Assembly (NCBI RefSeq): GCF_047345005.1
Contig: NZ_CP178864.1
Location: 6,935,049 to 6,959,048 of the forward strand
From: Labrys okinawensis
GTDB lineage: Bacteria > Pseudomonadota > Alphaproteobacteria > Rhizobiales > Labraceae
Direction of reading: 5' to 3'
DNA: 24,000 nt
A model generated the notes under the pieces. It saw nothing but the letters and a program-made list of their open reading frames with translations. It had not been told where the DNA came from and did no database searches. Each line of letters opens with the position of its first letter. Position 1 is the stretch's first letter. This document shows positions 22,983-24,000 of this stretch, piece by piece. Position numbers and translations under genes: made by a program.

Positions 22983-23846
22983 CTACCGAAGCCGATGCCT
23001 GTCCAGCCAACGCGCAAGGGCCGTTGCGATCGCTTCCGGCTGATCCTCAGGGGCGACGTGGCGGGCCGGGCCGCAATTCTCGATCTCCAGGGCGGCAATA
23101 TTCGCGGCGCACCAGGCGGTCATGTCCTCGCCGATCAGCAAGGTTTCCGGTGGGCCCTCGAAGGTCAGCAACAGCTTCGGCACATCAATGCTCCGGCTGA
23201 GCCAGGCGTCATAAGCCTCGATGCGCGCAACCACGTCGGCCGGCTCTCCCTCGATGGGCATGGCGCGCGGCCAGGCCAGCAGGGGGCGGCGGCTCTCGCG
23301 AGTCGAAAAGGGCTTGCGATATTCCTCGAGGTCCTCGTCGCGGAGCCCCTTCAGCACGGTCGCCTGCAAGGCCTGCTCAATGAAGAAATTCTCGTCGAGC
23401 ACCTTGGTCTCACCGGTTCCCGCCCCGCGCAGCATTTCGTAGCGCTGACGCGCGCCAGGCGGGAAATCCGCCCAGACGAGCGGCCGCATGATGGTTTCCA
23501 GGAAGGCAATGCCCCGTATCTGGTCGGGATGCCGACTTGCCCAGTCGAAGGCGAGAGCGCCGCCCCAGTCATGGCCGACCAGCACCACATCGTCCAGACC
23601 GAGACGATCGAACCAGGCATCGAGATAGCGGGCATGGTCCTCGAAACTATAGGCGATGGCGGGCTTGCCCGAGCGCCCCATGCCGATGAGGTCCGGTGCC
23701 AGCAGGCGGCTCGGCTGTCCGATCCCGGGCAGCACGTTGCGCCAGAGATAGGATGATGTCGGATTGCCGTGCAGGAAAACCACGGGTCTGCCGCTGCCTA
23801 TCTCCGCATGGAACATCGACGAACAGAGAATATCCAGGATGGGCAT
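22983..23846 (-). CDS. Haloalkane dehalogenase (alpha/beta hydrolase, HLD-II-like)
   Basis: Carries FLHGNPTSSYLWRNV, the nucleophile elbow VGHDWGG, the catalytic acid in FLETIMRP and a C-terminal His in GPARHVAPEDQPE. A GGAGAAAGG site lies upstream of the ATG at 23846. Confidence 0.85.
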   Translation of the reverse strand: MPILDILCSSMFHAEIGSGRPVVFLHGNPTSSYLWRNVLPGIGQPSRLLAPDLIGMGRSGKPAIAYSFEDHARYLDAWFDRLGLDDVVLVGHDWGGALAFDWASRHPDQIRGIAFLETIMRPLVWADFPPGARQRYEMLRGAGTGETKVLDENFFIEQALQATVLKGLRDEDLEEYRKPFSTRESRRPLLAWPRAMPIEGEPADVVARIEAYDAWLSRSIDVPKLLLTFEGPPETLLIGEDMTAWCAANIAALEIENCGPARHVAPEDQPEAIATALARWLDRHRLR

Positions 23847-23872
23847 GATGCCTTTCTCCAGATCAAATGGTA

Positions 23873-23909
23873 AGGTACCTGACTAGATTAGCAGATAGAC
23901 AGGTACCTG
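23873..23909. promoter_or_regulatory. Paired palindromic operator-like sites in the dehalogenase/MarR divergent promoter
   Basis: AGGTACCTG (23873-23881) and CAGGTACCTG (23900-23909) each centre on the palindrome AGGTACCT. The two centres are 27 bp apart, and both lie between the divergent start codons at 23846 and 23916. Confidence 0.5.
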
Positions 23910-23915
23910 TCCATT

Positions 23916-24000
23916 ATGGATGAAGGCGACGCGCATTCCCGTTCGCTCGGGCTGTTGCTCAGACTCGTGCACCAGTATTGGACGCAGGCCATCGAGGCTG
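23916..24000 (+). CDS. MarR-like transcriptional regulator, 3' end cut by window edge (first 28 codons only)
   Basis: Translates as MDEGDAHSRSLGLLLRLVHQYWTQAIEA, which resembles the N-terminal helix pattern of MarR-family proteins. There is no obvious Shine-Dalgarno sequence and only 85 nt are visible. Confidence 0.4.
   Translation, partial: MDEGDAHSRSLGLLLRLVHQYWTQAIEA

Noticed and set aside
1-24000. Searched by eye for CRISPR arrays, tRNA/rRNA genes, IS elements, integrases, toxin-antitoxin pairs and phage genes
   Set aside because: I saw no regularly spaced direct repeats, no cloverleaf-like or rRNA-like conserved stretches, and no transposase, integrase or phage-type ORFs. The only repeats found are the short palindromic elements reported above. 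A tRNAscan, Infernal and ISfinder run would be the definitive check.

Overview
High-GC window with rhizobial-type gene content, probably Rhizobiaceae or a related alphaproteobacterium (inference from gene content and repeat style only). It is densely coding, with 19 supportable protein genes in about six transcription blocks.

(1) Plus strand, 3-7460: a tightly packed uptake and catabolism locus. Order is ROK protein, M20 deacylase/peptidase, two tandem paralogous sugar-type periplasmic binding proteins, one permease, a YhfX-like fold-type III PLP enzyme, and a single-domain ABC ATPase.

(2) Minus strand, 13435-7564: ClC-family channel, class II fumarase, NAD-malic enzyme, a palindromic intergenic repeat, then a fused ThrE/YjjP-YjjB-type exporter.

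(3) A 64-aa signal-peptide protein with an internal repeat.

(4) Plus strand, 14282-19301: MBL-fold hydrolase, GlpA-like FAD dehydrogenase with a BFD-type 2Fe-2S tail, a second FAD/NAD(P) oxidoreductase, and a glycerol-kinase-like FGGY kinase.

(5) An EamA/DMT transporter convergent with an N-terminal wHTH (OmpR/CadC-type)-TPR regulator.

(6) A haloalkane dehalogenase divergent from a MarR-like gene that is cut by the window end.

I found no rRNA, tRNA, CRISPR array, transposase, integrase or phage genes. All large ORFs antisense to these genes look like high-GC shadow frames.

I do not see an unambiguous new system such as a defence island. The most promising leads are the orphan ROK/M20/YhfX-like ABC locus with duplicated binding proteins, the ClC-fumC-malic enzyme-ThrE/YjjPB array, a two-copy palindromic intergenic element, and a tandem-hairpin element downstream of the glycerol kinase-like gene. 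All functional calls rest on motif recognition by eye and none was checked by a database search.
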